Positions 8,890-18,925 are shown, counted from the stretch's first letter. The stretch is 33,476 nt of DNA from Patescibacteria group bacterium (GCA_038063975.1 JBBTTY010000028.1:1-33476); one strand, 5' to 3'. Numbers and translations are program-made. Notes: a model not told the origin generated them from the sequence alone.

Positions 8890-9906
8890 CTATTTTCCCT
8901 CTTCCACAACATCAAGTACCAAGAGTTCTAAGGGCAACTCGCGTATAGGAGAGAGAGCAATGTAGTCGAACGCACCGAGGAGGGTGTGCAGGAGTTTTGA
9001 GTCTACGGCTGTTTTTTTGTCGGCTATGAATTTTTTGTCTTCATCTGATGTACCCACCGTAGCTCCAAGAACAGACATTTTTTCGAGGAGAGTGAGACGG
9101 ACGAGAGAGAGAGTGAGTTCGAGAAAAAGTTTTGGATCAAAATTTTTTGAGCGAATTTCGGCAATAACTTCAAAAGCTTTTGCGGCGTTTTTTTCTACCA
9201 AAGCCGCAACAAAATTCCTGACCAATTCTGACTTCGGCGAGCCCGTGGCTTCTTCTACATCCTCACGGGTGATCTTTTTGCCTTTTATTCCCGCTATGAC
9301 CCGCTCCAAAATGCCATGTGTGTCTCGAAAAGATCCGTCACCAACCAGAGCAATCAATTCAGCAGCGGCTGGTTCGAGACTGAATCCTTCTTTTTTGGCG
9401 ATTTTTGTAATCGTATCTTTCAAAATTTCCGCTGTCGGTCGTTTGAATTCAAAAACCTGACAGCGTGAAATGATGGTTTCGGGCAATTTGTGGATTTCGG
9501 TCGTAGCCAGAAGAAATACGACATGTTTTGGTGGTTCCTCTAGGGTTTTCAAAAGAGCATTAAAAGCCTCCTTTGTGAGCATGTGCACTTCGTCTATGAT
9601 ATAAACTTTGAATTTCGATTCGAATGGCAATACTGCGACAGCATCACGTAAAGCTCGAACGTCATCTATGCCACGATTTGAAGCGGCATCTATTTCATAT
9701 ATATCATTTGCACTCGTACCAATTTCACGAGCGAAAATTCTGGCTATGGAAGTTTTACCTATACCACGAGAACCGGCAAATAAATATGCGTGAGCAACAG
9801 TTTTATTTTCTATGGCGCCTCGCAAGGATTTGACCACAATATCTTGGTCTACGACTTCTCGAAAATTTTGCGGACGATATTTTCTGTATAAAACTTCGTG
9901 TGACAT
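8890..9906 (-). CDS. dnaX: DNA polymerase III subunit gamma/tau (short form)
   Basis: LYRKYRP, GSRGIGKT Walker A, EIDAASN, IIDEVHML, NALLKTLEEPP, ISRC. Confidence 0.95.
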   Translation of the reverse strand: MSHEVLYRKYRPQNFREVVDQDIVVKSLRGAIENKTVAHAYLFAGSRGIGKTSIARIFAREIGTSANDIYEIDAASNRGIDDVRALRDAVAVLPFESKFKVYIIDEVHMLTKEAFNALLKTLEEPPKHVVFLLATTEIHKLPETIISRCQVFEFKRPTAEILKDTITKIAKKEGFSLEPAAAELIALVGDGSFRDTHGILERVIAGIKGKKITREDVEEATGSPKSELVRNFVAALVEKNAAKAFEVIAEIRSKNFDPKLFLELTLSLVRLTLLEKMSVLGATVGTSDEDKKFIADKKTAVDSKLLHTLLGAFDYIALSPIRELPLELLVLDVVEEGK

Positions 9907-9938
9907 ATTGAGAGTATATCAGAATAGCAGGAGTTTAT

Positions 9939-9971
9939 AAAAAAGACGGGCGAGATTTGCAATCTCGCCCG
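9939..9971 (-). terminator. Intrinsic terminator
   Basis: 11-bp stem CGGGCGAGATT/AATCTCGCCCG followed on the minus strand by TCTTTTTT. Confidence 0.75.
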
Positions 9972-10159
9972 CTTATATTCATGTCAGGCGTAACCAACAT
10001 GAAAATAGTTACAACTACTGTCATGAGAAAATAGGGATCATGAGCTCCCATTCAAAACTGCAAAAGAACAAAATCGGAGAGAGGGGGTGGGGCCAACTAC
10101 ACTTCGTCAGAAAAACCACCCCCTCCCAATTGGATGCGCTTTGCCGACGCATCGTAGTT
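9972..10159 (-). ncRNA. Candidate structured sRNA or leader between dus and dnaX
   Basis: GATGCG/CGCATC hairpin and GAGGGGGTGG/CCACCCCCTC stem; upstream TTGCAA-N16-TAAATT and downstream terminator. Confidence 0.35.
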
Positions 10160-10213
10160 TCAATTTACACCCGCTAGCAATTTTTGCAAGTAAGTTATGC
10201 ACTTATTTTATCT

Positions 10214-11197
10214 TTATTTTGAGCCGTTTTTTAGAAATCGCTTTACGATACCTTCAACTTCCCCACTATTTTTAGCTTCCATGAGCTCTGTACGCAATTC
10301 TTTGGCATTATCAAATCCATGCACATAGGCTTTGAAATGTTTTTTCATGAGAGCAAAGCTTTTCACCGAGCCTAGCAATTCTTCATAGAGTTTGGTGTGC
10401 TCGACAAGAGCTTCCAGTCTTTGCTCAAGACTCGGTGAGACAGATTTTCCGTCTTTTGTATGAAGTGCAGAGAAAAGCCATGGATTGCCGAATATGCCAC
10501 GGCCGAACATTATACCATCGACTCCAAACTCATGAGTTCTTTGTTTTGCGTCTTCCAAATCCTTTATATCTCCATTTCCTATAATCAAAGTTTCTGGAGA
10601 AATTTTGTCTCGTAGAACGACAATCTCACGCATATGCTCCCAATGTGCAGAAACGAGAGACATTTCTTTCCTGGTTCGTAAATGAATAGTGAGAGCAGAC
10701 AGATTTTCGGCGAGTAATTCTGGTATCCACGTCGCTATTTCGTTTTTATTATAACCAATACGAGTTTTCACAGAGATCGGCAGTTTTGGTGCACCCTCTT
10801 TTGCGGCACGAATAACCGCTCTCGCTCTTTTTGGATCTTTTATCATGGCTGCCCCCGCTTCCTGTTTTTCTATTGATCTATCGGGACAACCCATATTTAT
10901 ATCTATACCGTCAAAACCAAGCTTTTGACATAGAGCTGCTGCTTCGCACATTTTTTCTGAATTGGCAGTAAATAACTGGGCAATAATTGGTCTCTCTGCT
11001 TCTGTAAATTCTAGATCATGGAGAAGCACTTTTCGGCCAGGTGAACATAGTCCATCTGCCGAAACAAATTCAGTCCACATGACATCAGGTTTGCCATGTC
11101 GAGCAATAATCCGCCGAAAAGCCGCATCTGTCACATCCGCCATAGGAGCGAGAACAAAAAAAGGCTTCTTCAGTTTTTTCCAGAATCCATGATTCAT
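10214..11197 (-). CDS. dus: tRNA-dihydrouridine synthase
   Basis: LAPMADVTD, DINMGCP, SVKTRIG, IGNGDI, MFGRG..GNPW. Start set at ATG 11197 because the longer ORF starts inside the repeat. Confidence 0.92.
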   Translation of the reverse strand: MNHGFWKKLKKPFFVLAPMADVTDAAFRRIIARHGKPDVMWTEFVSADGLCSPGRKVLLHDLEFTEAERPIIAQLFTANSEKMCEAAALCQKLGFDGIDINMGCPDRSIEKQEAGAAMIKDPKRARAVIRAAKEGAPKLPISVKTRIGYNKNEIATWIPELLAENLSALTIHLRTRKEMSLVSAHWEHMREIVVLRDKISPETLIIGNGDIKDLEDAKQRTHEFGVDGIMFGRGIFGNPWLFSALHTKDGKSVSPSLEQRLEALVEHTKLYEELLGSVKSFALMKKHFKAYVHGFDNAKELRTELMEAKNSGEVEGIVKRFLKNGSK

Positions 11198-11214
11198 AAT
11201 ACGTAAAAAATGGG

Positions 11215-11331
11215 GGGGGTATAAAACATGCATTGATGGAGACTTTCGGAGAAGGCGAAGGCCTTCGAGAATGAGACGGCTCGCCAGTAGGCGAGAACGT
11301 CGTGCTCCAGCAATGCATGTTTTATACCCCC
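11215..11331 (+). repeat. Structured dispersed element, copy 2
   Basis: 21-bp perfect inverted repeat plus TGGAG/CTCCA, enclosing ACTTTCGGA-GAAGGC(GAAG)GCCTTC-GAGAATGA-GACG..CTCGCC(AGTA)GGCGAG..CGTC-GTG. Confidence 0.85.
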
Positions 11332-11340
11332 TACTTTATA

Positions 11341-12156
11341 TTATTTCAGCTTATATACAACTTTATTTCCCGAATCGAGCTTCATATAATCGAGCTTTTG
11401 GAGAAAGCGCGAGAGCGACGGAGCGATAGTTTTATCGTTTATGACAGAAGAAATATTTGAGAGCACAGTGGCTAAATCGTCATTTATGTTCACTATGAGC
11501 GAACCACCGGTAAAGAGAATGATCGTCATATAATGAGGCTCGTCAAAAATTGCCAGAGCGGGAGCGATACCAAAAGAGCCCAGTTCACGGACAAAAAATT
11601 GAATTCTTTTAAATTCTTCTGATGGAAGAAAGCTCTGGCCAATCGGCTGACCAGAAATTAAACCTCTGTATATAAAAGCTGATGAAGTAGCTATGGTATC
11701 AAATATGAGACCATTTTCGTCCATAGAAAAACATGAGCTGATTTCCCGAATACCCCCGGTGCACCATCTAGCCTCTTCTTTTCTTTCTTCCAGAGTTATC
11801 TCAATTTCTTTTAATCCATTTCTATTTATTGAAACCGATTGAATCAGAGGCAAAGCGAGAATTTTTTCTTTTATATTATCGACTGGATAGAGAAAAGCAT
11901 TATTCTTTGAAAAGAAGTAGAAATAATTGCCGGCTATTTCTCGGAGAACTGTCGCTTCTATCGTTTCAATCTTGACACGCTCATTGCCCTTTATTATTAT
12001 CTTCTCAACAGACATGGATTGTGCCTGAGAGAGCATAGATAAACCTGAAAAAATGATACCGAGAACGAGCAGAGTGTAGAGACTCATAAAAAACGCTCGT
12101 CTGCGCCGGCGGGCGACTAGCTTCTTTTGATAGACCATCACCCTAGGCCTTTGCAT
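11341..12156 (-). CDS. FtsQ/DivIB-like POTRA-domain cell division protein
   Basis: Basic N-terminus, one TM helix, POTRA-like IIIKGNERV, C-terminal LDYMKLDSGNKVVYK. Confidence 0.65.
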   Translation of the reverse strand: MQRPRVMVYQKKLVARRRRRAFFMSLYTLLVLGIIFSGLSMLSQAQSMSVEKIIIKGNERVKIETIEATVLREIAGNYFYFFSKNNAFLYPVDNIKEKILALPLIQSVSINRNGLKEIEITLEERKEEARWCTGGIREISSCFSMDENGLIFDTIATSSAFIYRGLISGQPIGQSFLPSEEFKRIQFFVRELGSFGIAPALAIFDEPHYMTIILFTGGSLIVNINDDLATVLSNISSVINDKTIAPSLSRFLQKLDYMKLDSGNKVVYKLK

Positions 12157-12158
12157 AT

Positions 12159-13421
12159 TTATTTTTTAATAGAATCCGAGCCGAAGTACGATTTCAAAAC
12201 TTCGGGAACATGTACAGAACCGTCCGCTTGCTGAAAGTTTTCAACCATGGAAACGAGTATGCGAGGAGTAGGAATAGCGGTGCAGTTGAGAGAGTGAGCA
12301 TATTTTAATTTCCCTTCCATATCTCGATAGCGGATATTGAATCGTCTGCACTGGAAATCGTGAAAGTATGAAGCTGAAGATATTTCGCGATACCTGTCTT
12401 CTTTTGGCACCCATAGATTGATATCGTATTTCTTTACTTGGCCCAAGCCAAGATCTGCACCGCAATTTATAACAGTCTGATAAGGAATACCGAGGGACTC
12501 TATAAATTCTTCTGTATTTCGATTGATTTCCTCGTGGAGATTTACAGAAGTCTCGTGACTGGCTTCGCATAATACAACTTGTTCCATTTTGTAGAATTCG
12601 TGGACGCGAATGAGGCCTTTGACATCTTTTGAATGACTGCCTGCTTCGCGCCTAAAGCACGAAGAAAAACCGAGATATTTCAAGGGAAAATTTTTTGCAT
12701 CCAGAACTTCGCCGGAATGATAAGCCATGAGAGGCACTTCGGCCGTACCAGCCAAAACATCACCGTCCTGGGTTATATAATAATCTTCGACATTGCCTGG
12801 CAGATGAGCGGTACCATAGAGATTTTCTTTGCGGACGATAACTGGCGGAATGATAGGCGAAAATCCGCGCTTGCTGAAAAAATCCATAGCGTAATTCCAA
12901 ATGGCAAAAGTCAGTCGAGCGCCGTCTCCCGTGAGAAAGTATCCTCGAAAGCCGTGAACTTTTACCCCACGCTCAAAATCAACCATACGGAGGGAAGTCA
13001 TTAGTTCGAGATGGTCTCTCGGTTCAAATGTAAAGGCTGATTTTTGTCCCCATGTTCTTACTTCTTTGTTGTCTGCATCATTCTCTCCTTCTGGCACTGA
13101 TATATCAGGAATATTGGGTACGCAGAGCATGAGCGCATGCCAATCTTTCATTACTTTTTTGAGACTTTCTTCTTCCGCTTCACGTTCAACTTTTAATTTT
13201 TTCATGGACTCGAGCAGAGATGCTCTCGAATCAGCGGGAGCGGATGGAAGTTTTAGAGAAACAGCGTTTTGTTCTGCTTTCTTGCCTTCTATGGACGTCT
13301 GGAGCACTCGCCTCTCCTCGTCTAGGACGAGTAGGGCATCGATATCCACATCCACGTGTTTCTTTTTGGCGCCCATTTTAACCAGCTCTTTGTTATCCCT
13401 GATGAATTTGATGTCTAGCAT
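12159..13421 (-). CDS. serS: Serine--tRNA ligase
   Basis: MLDIKFIRDN, GTAEVPL, FRREAGS, RVHEFYKME, EISSAS. Confidence 0.97.
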   Translation of the reverse strand: MLDIKFIRDNKELVKMGAKKKHVDVDIDALLVLDEERRVLQTSIEGKKAEQNAVSLKLPSAPADSRASLLESMKKLKVEREAEEESLKKVMKDWHALMLCVPNIPDISVPEGENDADNKEVRTWGQKSAFTFEPRDHLELMTSLRMVDFERGVKVHGFRGYFLTGDGARLTFAIWNYAMDFFSKRGFSPIIPPVIVRKENLYGTAHLPGNVEDYYITQDGDVLAGTAEVPLMAYHSGEVLDAKNFPLKYLGFSSCFRREAGSHSKDVKGLIRVHEFYKMEQVVLCEASHETSVNLHEEINRNTEEFIESLGIPYQTVINCGADLGLGQVKKYDINLWVPKEDRYREISSASYFHDFQCRRFNIRYRDMEGKLKYAHSLNCTAIPTPRILVSMVENFQQADGSVHVPEVLKSYFGSDSIKK

Positions 13422-13484
13422 TTTATCTTTTCTTTATCTTTTCTTCATATTTTCTTTATCTCGGAATTGTACACTAATGAGGCT

Positions 13485-14342
13485 ATGAATTCCATTAGAA
13501 AACTGACATTGGAAGAGTACCCTGCCCTCATTCGAGAATTGCCTAAACCGCCGGAAGATTTATATATAGTGGGCGAATTACCGCCGGCGAATTATATATA
13601 TCTGACTGTCGTTGGCGCCAGGCGTTATAGCGACTACGGAAAACAAGTGTGTGAAAAGCTGATAGAGGGTTTGCGTGGTTTGCCTGTGGTTATCGTTTCT
13701 GGCTTGGCCTTCGGCATAGACATAATCGCCCACAAAGCGGCTCTTAAAAATAACATAAAGACCATAGCTATACCTGGTTCGGGATTACGTGATGATGTCA
13801 TCACTCCTGCGACCCATATAAATATCGCAAAACGCATTTTAGAGGCGGGAGGCGCATTATTGTCACCTTTTCCACCGGAGACACCTGGTGCAAATTGGAC
13901 ATTCCCTGTGAGAAACGAAATCATGGCTGGCATTTCCCATGCCACTCTGGTCATAGAAGCAGTGAGAAAGTCTGGTACACTCATAACGGCAAAACATGCG
14001 ACTGATTTCAATAGAAATGTTTTGACTGTTCCCGGTTCAATTTTTTCAAATCTGACGGAAGGGCCACATATGCTCATTCGTCTCGGTGCCACACCTATAA
14101 CAAGCGTGAGTGAATTGATAGAGGCTCTGGGTTTTAAAAGCGATATAAAGCGAGAGGAAATAAACTACTCGGATTTAGGAGAAGATGAAATAAAAATTAT
14201 GGAAGCGCTGGCGAGTCCGCTTTCCCGCGACCTGCTTTTGGAAAAGTTAGGAATGGAGACAGGCAAAGTGAATGCGCTCATTTCTCTCCTCGAAATCAAA
14301 GGCATGATAGAAGAAACTATGGGAGAATTACGGAGGGTTTGA
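13485..14342 (+). CDS. dprA: DNA-protecting protein DprA
   Basis: VVGARR, VSGLAFGID, FPVRNEIMAG, SGTLITA. Precedes topA, a conserved order. Confidence 0.93.
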   Translation: MNSIRKLTLEEYPALIRELPKPPEDLYIVGELPPANYIYLTVVGARRYSDYGKQVCEKLIEGLRGLPVVIVSGLAFGIDIIAHKAALKNNIKTIAIPGSGLRDDVITPATHINIAKRILEAGGALLSPFPPETPGANWTFPVRNEIMAGISHATLVIEAVRKSGTLITAKHATDFNRNVLTVPGSIFSNLTEGPHMLIRLGATPITSVSELIEALGFKSDIKREEINYSDLGEDEIKIMEALASPLSRDLLLEKLGMETGKVNALISLLEIKGMIEETMGELRRV

Positions 14343-14418
14343 TTGAATAAAAATTGCCAAATATTTTATATTCGTGTAATACTTGCCAGCACAACAACAG
14401 ACATATCACAAAAGACAT

Positions 14419-16602
14419 ATGACGAAACTTATCATAGTAGAATCTCCGGCCAAAGCCAAAACTATAGGCAAATATCTCGGAAGCGAGTATCAGGTGGTAG
14501 CGTCTGTGGGACATGTGCGCGATTTGCCAAAATCCAATAAAAAAGCAATTGATATGGATCATTTCACGCCTCATTATGAAGTTTCTGCGGGCAAGGAAAA
14601 AATTTTGCATGAAATAGAAAAATTGGCCAAAAAATCTGATGAGATATTACTCGCTACAGACCCCGATCGCGAGGGCGAGGCTATAGCGTGGCATATTGCG
14701 GAAGCTGTGGATTTCGCTAAAAAACCTGTAAAGAGAGTGGTTTTCCATGAAATTACAAAAGAAGCTATTGTGGAAGCTCTAAAGCATCCGCGGGATATAG
14801 ATGAGAATCTGCGCCGCGCCCAGGAGGCGCGGCGCATACTCGACCGCCTTGTCGGCTATGACCTCTCCGGCATCATATGGAAAAAAGTGCGTTACGGCCT
14901 CTCGGCTGGTCGTGTCCAATCCCCCGCTCTGCGCATCATAGTAGAGCGCGAGAGGGAAATAAAAGCTTTTAAGCCCGAACAATATTTCACAATCACCGCC
15001 AATACAAAAACGCCAAAGAAAGCCGAACTTTCTCTCACTTGTTCCGTAGAACCGAGAGAACAAAAAGAGGCCGAGAGAATTGTTACCATAGGTAAAAAAG
15101 AATCTTGGAGTGTCGTGTCAATAGAGGAAAGCGAAGCAAAACGTTCTCCGCGAGCGCCTTTCACCACATCTACTCTTCAGCAAACCGCTTCGACACGTTT
15201 CGGCTTCTCCCCTTCCCGTACTATGCGCACAGCCCAAAAACTCTACGAAGCCGGTTTCATCACATATATGCGCACAGATTCCACGACACTTTCAAAACAA
15301 GCTATAGGCCAAATTGCAGGAACTATAGAAAAATTATGGGGTAAAGAAATGTTGGAAGTCCGTGTCTTTACAAGCAAATCCAAAAACGCTCAAGAAGCTC
15401 ACGAAGCAGTACGACCCACAAACGCCTCTCTGCGCACCGCAGGCCATACACCAGAAGAAAAAAATCTCTATTCACTCATATGGGCGCGCACTGTCGCCAG
15501 TCAGATGAGAGACGCTCGTATGATGCGGACAAAAATACTGGCAAATACAACATCCAAAACTATTCCGGATTTTCAAGCCAATGGTTCACGTACTATTTTT
15601 ATGGGTTGGCTAGAAGCAGACCATGGTGCGCATGGTGAAGATATCGAACTGCCAAAAGTAATGCAGGGCGACAAACTTGAACTAGTCAATATTTCTGCTC
15701 TAGAAAAATTCACAGAACCGCCGTCCCGATATTCGGAAGCAGGCTTGGTTAAAGAACTCGAAAAGCGTGGCATAGGCCGTCCTTCGACATACGCTTCCAT
15801 CATAAAAACCCTCGAGGATCGCGAATATGTCACAAAAGAAAACAGGAATCTGCGCCCTACTGACACAGGCGAAGTGGTGAGCACATTTCTGGAAGATAAT
15901 TTCACAGAGTATATAAGCGACACATTTACAGCCGAAATGGAAGACAAGCTCGACCTCATAGCAGAAGGCAAAATTGGCTATGAAAAAACTCTATCTGATT
16001 TCTATAAACCTTTCGCCAAAGACGTAAAGGCAAAAGAAAAACTGGATAAAGCCACCACCCTTGGTGAAGCTGAGGCAAAACACGTCTGTCCAAAATGCGG
16101 TTCGTCTATGGTGATAAAACTCGGCCGATCTGGAAAATTTCTCTCTTGCTCGCATTATCCCGACTGCGACGGAGCACTTCTCATAGACGGAACAGAAATG
16201 CCGAAAGACAAAATCATAGGCATTCATCCCGATACAGACAAAGAAATCACTTTGAAAAACGGCAAATATGGTCCGTATGTGGAAATGTCGACAAACGAAA
16301 TCGTAAAGAAAAAACCAAAACTGCGACGCGCCAGCGTGCCAAAAGAAATAAAACCTGAAGAAATCACCCTCGATCAAGCAATTCATTTCTTGTCTCTCCC
16401 CCGAGAACTAGGCCAACATCCTGAAACAAATAAAGCGGTTACTGCAAATATCGGCCGTTTCGGCCCCTACATCGTCCATGATGCCGATTTTCGTTCTCTA
16501 AAAAAACCTGATGATGTCTATTCCATTGAACTTCCCCGCGCCCTCGAAATTTTCAAAGAACCAAAGAAAAAAAGAAGCTTCCGAGCAAAGAAAAAAGAAT
16601 AG
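14419..16602 (+). CDS. topA: DNA topoisomerase I
   Basis: LIIVESPAKAKTI, ATDPDREGEAI, SAGRVQS, ITYMRTDS, C-terminal Zn ribbon and repeats. Confidence 0.97.
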   Translation: MTKLIIVESPAKAKTIGKYLGSEYQVVASVGHVRDLPKSNKKAIDMDHFTPHYEVSAGKEKILHEIEKLAKKSDEILLATDPDREGEAIAWHIAEAVDFAKKPVKRVVFHEITKEAIVEALKHPRDIDENLRRAQEARRILDRLVGYDLSGIIWKKVRYGLSAGRVQSPALRIIVEREREIKAFKPEQYFTITANTKTPKKAELSLTCSVEPREQKEAERIVTIGKKESWSVVSIEESEAKRSPRAPFTTSTLQQTASTRFGFSPSRTMRTAQKLYEAGFITYMRTDSTTLSKQAIGQIAGTIEKLWGKEMLEVRVFTSKSKNAQEAHEAVRPTNASLRTAGHTPEEKNLYSLIWARTVASQMRDARMMRTKILANTTSKTIPDFQANGSRTIFMGWLEADHGAHGEDIELPKVMQGDKLELVNISALEKFTEPPSRYSEAGLVKELEKRGIGRPSTYASIIKTLEDREYVTKENRNLRPTDTGEVVSTFLEDNFTEYISDTFTAEMEDKLDLIAEGKIGYEKTLSDFYKPFAKDVKAKEKLDKATTLGEAEAKHVCPKCGSSMVIKLGRSGKFLSCSHYPDCDGALLIDGTEMPKDKIIGIHPDTDKEITLKNGKYGPYVEMSTNEIVKKKPKLRRASVPKEIKPEEITLDQAIHFLSLPRELGQHPETNKAVTANIGRFGPYIVHDADFRSLKKPDDVYSIELPRALEIFKEPKKKRSFRAKKKE

Positions 16603-16641
16603 ACTACAAGGGACAACTATCAACAACTGTTAAATAAACTG

Positions 16642-17589
16642 TCAAATAGAGAAGTTTTTTATGGAATACAAATCCTCGGTATTTTCATCTTCTTTCTTTT
16701 CTTCTTTTGAACGATCGTCCGTGGGAGCGGTGGTCTCTTGTGATGCTGGCTCTATTTGTTTATTCGTTTGAATTATATTGAGAATAGTCCTCAAGTCTTC
16801 GGGCGAGAAGAAATCAATAGTGATTTTGCCTCCCTTTTGCTTTTGCTCTATTGAAACGCGTGTGCCGAATGTCTCGGAGAGTTTCTGCTCCATTTCAATT
16901 ATGCTCGGATCAAAACTGCGCTCTTTTTTGCGCGCTCTCTCCACGGCGATTTTGCGAGCAATCATTTCCGTCTCGCGGACGGTGAGATGCCTGAAAGTAA
17001 TTTCCTTGAAAAGGGTCAATTGTTCCTCTGGTCGATCGGCGAGCATCATCAGAGGCCGAGCATGGCCTTCTGAAATTTTGCCCGCTGACAGAGAATCGAG
17101 AATGTCGGAAGAGAGCATGAGCAGGCGAATACAGTTTGAAACATATTCGCGCGACTTGCCGATTTTCTGGGCAATCTGAATATGCTTCAAACCGAATTCT
17201 TCTACCAGTTGATTGAAAGACCGAGCTCGCTCCACAGGATTAAGATCCTCTCTTTGGAGATTCTCTATGATAGCTAGTTCGAGCTTTACTCTGGCATCAT
17301 CGCTGTTTGCACGGATAATAGCCGGCACATGCTGAAGTCCGAGCAGTTTTGAAGCACGTAAACGACGCTCACCAGAAATCAGTTCGTATTCCACAGCCAA
17401 TCCACCGTCTTCTTTTGAGATTTCAGTGCGTGTCACCGTCAGAGGCTGGAGAAGGCCGTACATGCGAATAGATTCCGCCAAATCGCGCAGAGAAGCTGGG
17501 TCAAACTCGCGACGAGGTTGATACGGATTCGGCCGTATTTTATACGTTTCAATCCAAAAAATTGAATCTCCAAAAAATTGAGATGCCAT
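16642..17589 (-). CDS. parB: ParB/Spo0J partition protein
   Basis: PNPYQPRREF, GERRLRA, IIENLQREDLNPVE, HTH, ISEGHAR. Confidence 0.93.
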   Translation of the reverse strand: MASQFFGDSIFWIETYKIRPNPYQPRREFDPASLRDLAESIRMYGLLQPLTVTRTEISKEDGGLAVEYELISGERRLRASKLLGLQHVPAIIRANSDDARVKLELAIIENLQREDLNPVERARSFNQLVEEFGLKHIQIAQKIGKSREYVSNCIRLLMLSSDILDSLSAGKISEGHARPLMMLADRPEEQLTLFKEITFRHLTVRETEMIARKIAVERARKKERSFDPSIIEMEQKLSETFGTRVSIEQKQKGGKITIDFFSPEDLRTILNIIQTNKQIEPASQETTAPTDDRSKEEKKEDENTEDLYSIKNFSI

Positions 17590-17688
17590 AGATTTGTATG
17601 AGATAATTTTAACACATCAAAAAGAAATCAAACAGAAAATTGAGAAAAGCGGAGTTTTGGTGTAAATTGCTCATGCAGGCGTAAACAT

Positions 17689-17772
17689 GCCGAGGTGGCG
17701 AAATGGCAACCGCAATCGACTCAAAATCGATCGTCGCAAGACTTGAGGGTTCGAGTCCCTCCCTCGGCACCA
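17689..17772 (+). tRNA. tRNA-Leu(CAA)
   Basis: GCCGAGG/CCTCGGC acceptor, CT-CAA-AA loop, long variable arm, CCA encoded. Confidence 0.95.
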
Positions 17773-17777
17773 AAAAA

Positions 17778-18677
17778 ATGAGCAAAAATAAGTTTCCGAA
17801 AATTGTTGTGATTCTCGGGCCTACGGCCACGGGCAAAAGTGATCTCGCTGTCTATATCGCAAAAAAATTCAAAGGCGAAGTGATTTCGGCTGATTCGAGA
17901 CAGGTTTACGAAGGTATGGATATCGGATCTGGAAAAATTACGAAAAAGGAGATGGAAAACATTCCCCACCACCTCCTCGACATAATTGATCCAAAGAAAG
18001 TCTATAACGCCGAGCAGTTCAAGAGAGATGGGACAAAAGCGATACAAGACATTTTGGATCATAAAAAACTGCCTATCATATGTGGCGGTACAGGATTTTA
18101 TATTGATGCTCTAGTTTTTGATGAACAATTTCCCGACGTGCCACCTAATAAAAAGCTTAGAAAAGAACTTGAAAAGAAATCTGTTGAGAGCTTGATGAAA
18201 GAAATAAGGAAGCTTGATCCTGTCCGCGCGAAAGCTCTGGATCCATATAACAAAGTCCGCATCATCCGCGCCATAGAAATCGCTAGAGTTTTGGGCAAAG
18301 TACCAAAAGTAAAACGTACAAAACAATATGAAGCACTTTTTATTGGCCTTACATTGGATCGCAGTAAATTACGAGAAAGAATTCATGCACGCCTCGAGAA
18401 GCGTATGAAAGCCGGCATGATTCGAGAAATTTCAAATCTTCACAAAAATGGTGTGTCTTGGAAACGCCTCTATGATTTCGGTCTAGAATACCGCTACGTT
18501 TCGCTTTATCTACAAAAGAAACTATCAAAAGAAGAAATGCTCACCAAACTCGAGCAAGAAATCTGCCAATTTTCCAAGCGACAGATGCAATGGTTTAAAA
18601 GAAATAAAAACATAAAATGGTTCGCGCCTTTTGCATATATTGCGGTTGAAAAAATTGTAAAGAAATTTCTCAAATAA
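17778..18677 (+). CDS. miaA: tRNA dimethylallyltransferase
   Basis: GPTATGKS, ISADSRQVY, GGTGFYI, SKRQMQWF. Start at ATG 17778, after the tRNA. Confidence 0.95.
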   Translation: MSKNKFPKIVVILGPTATGKSDLAVYIAKKFKGEVISADSRQVYEGMDIGSGKITKKEMENIPHHLLDIIDPKKVYNAEQFKRDGTKAIQDILDHKKLPIICGGTGFYIDALVFDEQFPDVPPNKKLRKELEKKSVESLMKEIRKLDPVRAKALDPYNKVRIIRAIEIARVLGKVPKVKRTKQYEALFIGLTLDRSKLRERIHARLEKRMKAGMIREISNLHKNGVSWKRLYDFGLEYRYVSLYLQKKLSKEEMLTKLEQEICQFSKRQMQWFKRNKNIKWFAPFAYIAVEKIVKKFLK

Positions 18678-18705
18678 AAAGCCCTCCAACGCAAACACGG
18701 AGGGC
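18676..18705 (-). terminator. Intrinsic terminator after the 6S candidate
   Basis: GCCCTCC/GGAGGGC stem followed on the minus strand by TTTTT. Confidence 0.7.
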
Positions 18706-18707
18706 AA

Positions 18708-18891
18708 TAGTAGACGGAGCTGTTTCCGACCAGCCTAGGAGACCGACGCTATTATTACTAGAATCGTTTGATGAAGGAGTTCACAAAGCTAGTTGGCGTA
18801 CCAAACTAGGCTCCGGCATCATCTCTAAAATCAATCAATGCATTGATCAATTTTGTGCCTGCTACGATACCCGGCACCGGCACATCTACTA
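18708..18891 (-). ncRNA. ssrS: Probable 6S RNA
   Basis: 184 nt, closed by TAGTAGA/TCTACTA. Rod-like fold with a central AU-rich bubble, own promoter and terminator, downstream of rarA. Confidence 0.6.
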
Positions 18892-18896
18892 AGAGA

Positions 18897-18925
18897 AGTT
18901 TAGTTCTGTGAACTTTTATTGTCAA
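18897..18925 (-). promoter_or_regulatory. Near-consensus sigma70 promoter inside the rarA 3' end
   Basis: TTGACA (18925-18920), 17 nt spacer, TAAACT (18902-18897). Confidence 0.75.

Noticed and set aside
9978-10003. SRP RNA upstream of dnaX (ATGTCAGG)
   Set aside because: Lacks the GGAA tetraloop and AGCAG of helix 8.
10133-10153. c-di-GMP-I riboswitch (GGCAAA)
   Set aside because: The GAAA-tetraloop P2 and receptor P3 architecture is absent.
17703-17777. N-terminal ORF extensions of miaA (also at 20996, 30342, 33188 and 11233)
   Set aside because: They translate tRNA genes or palindromes; downstream ATGs match the family N-termini.
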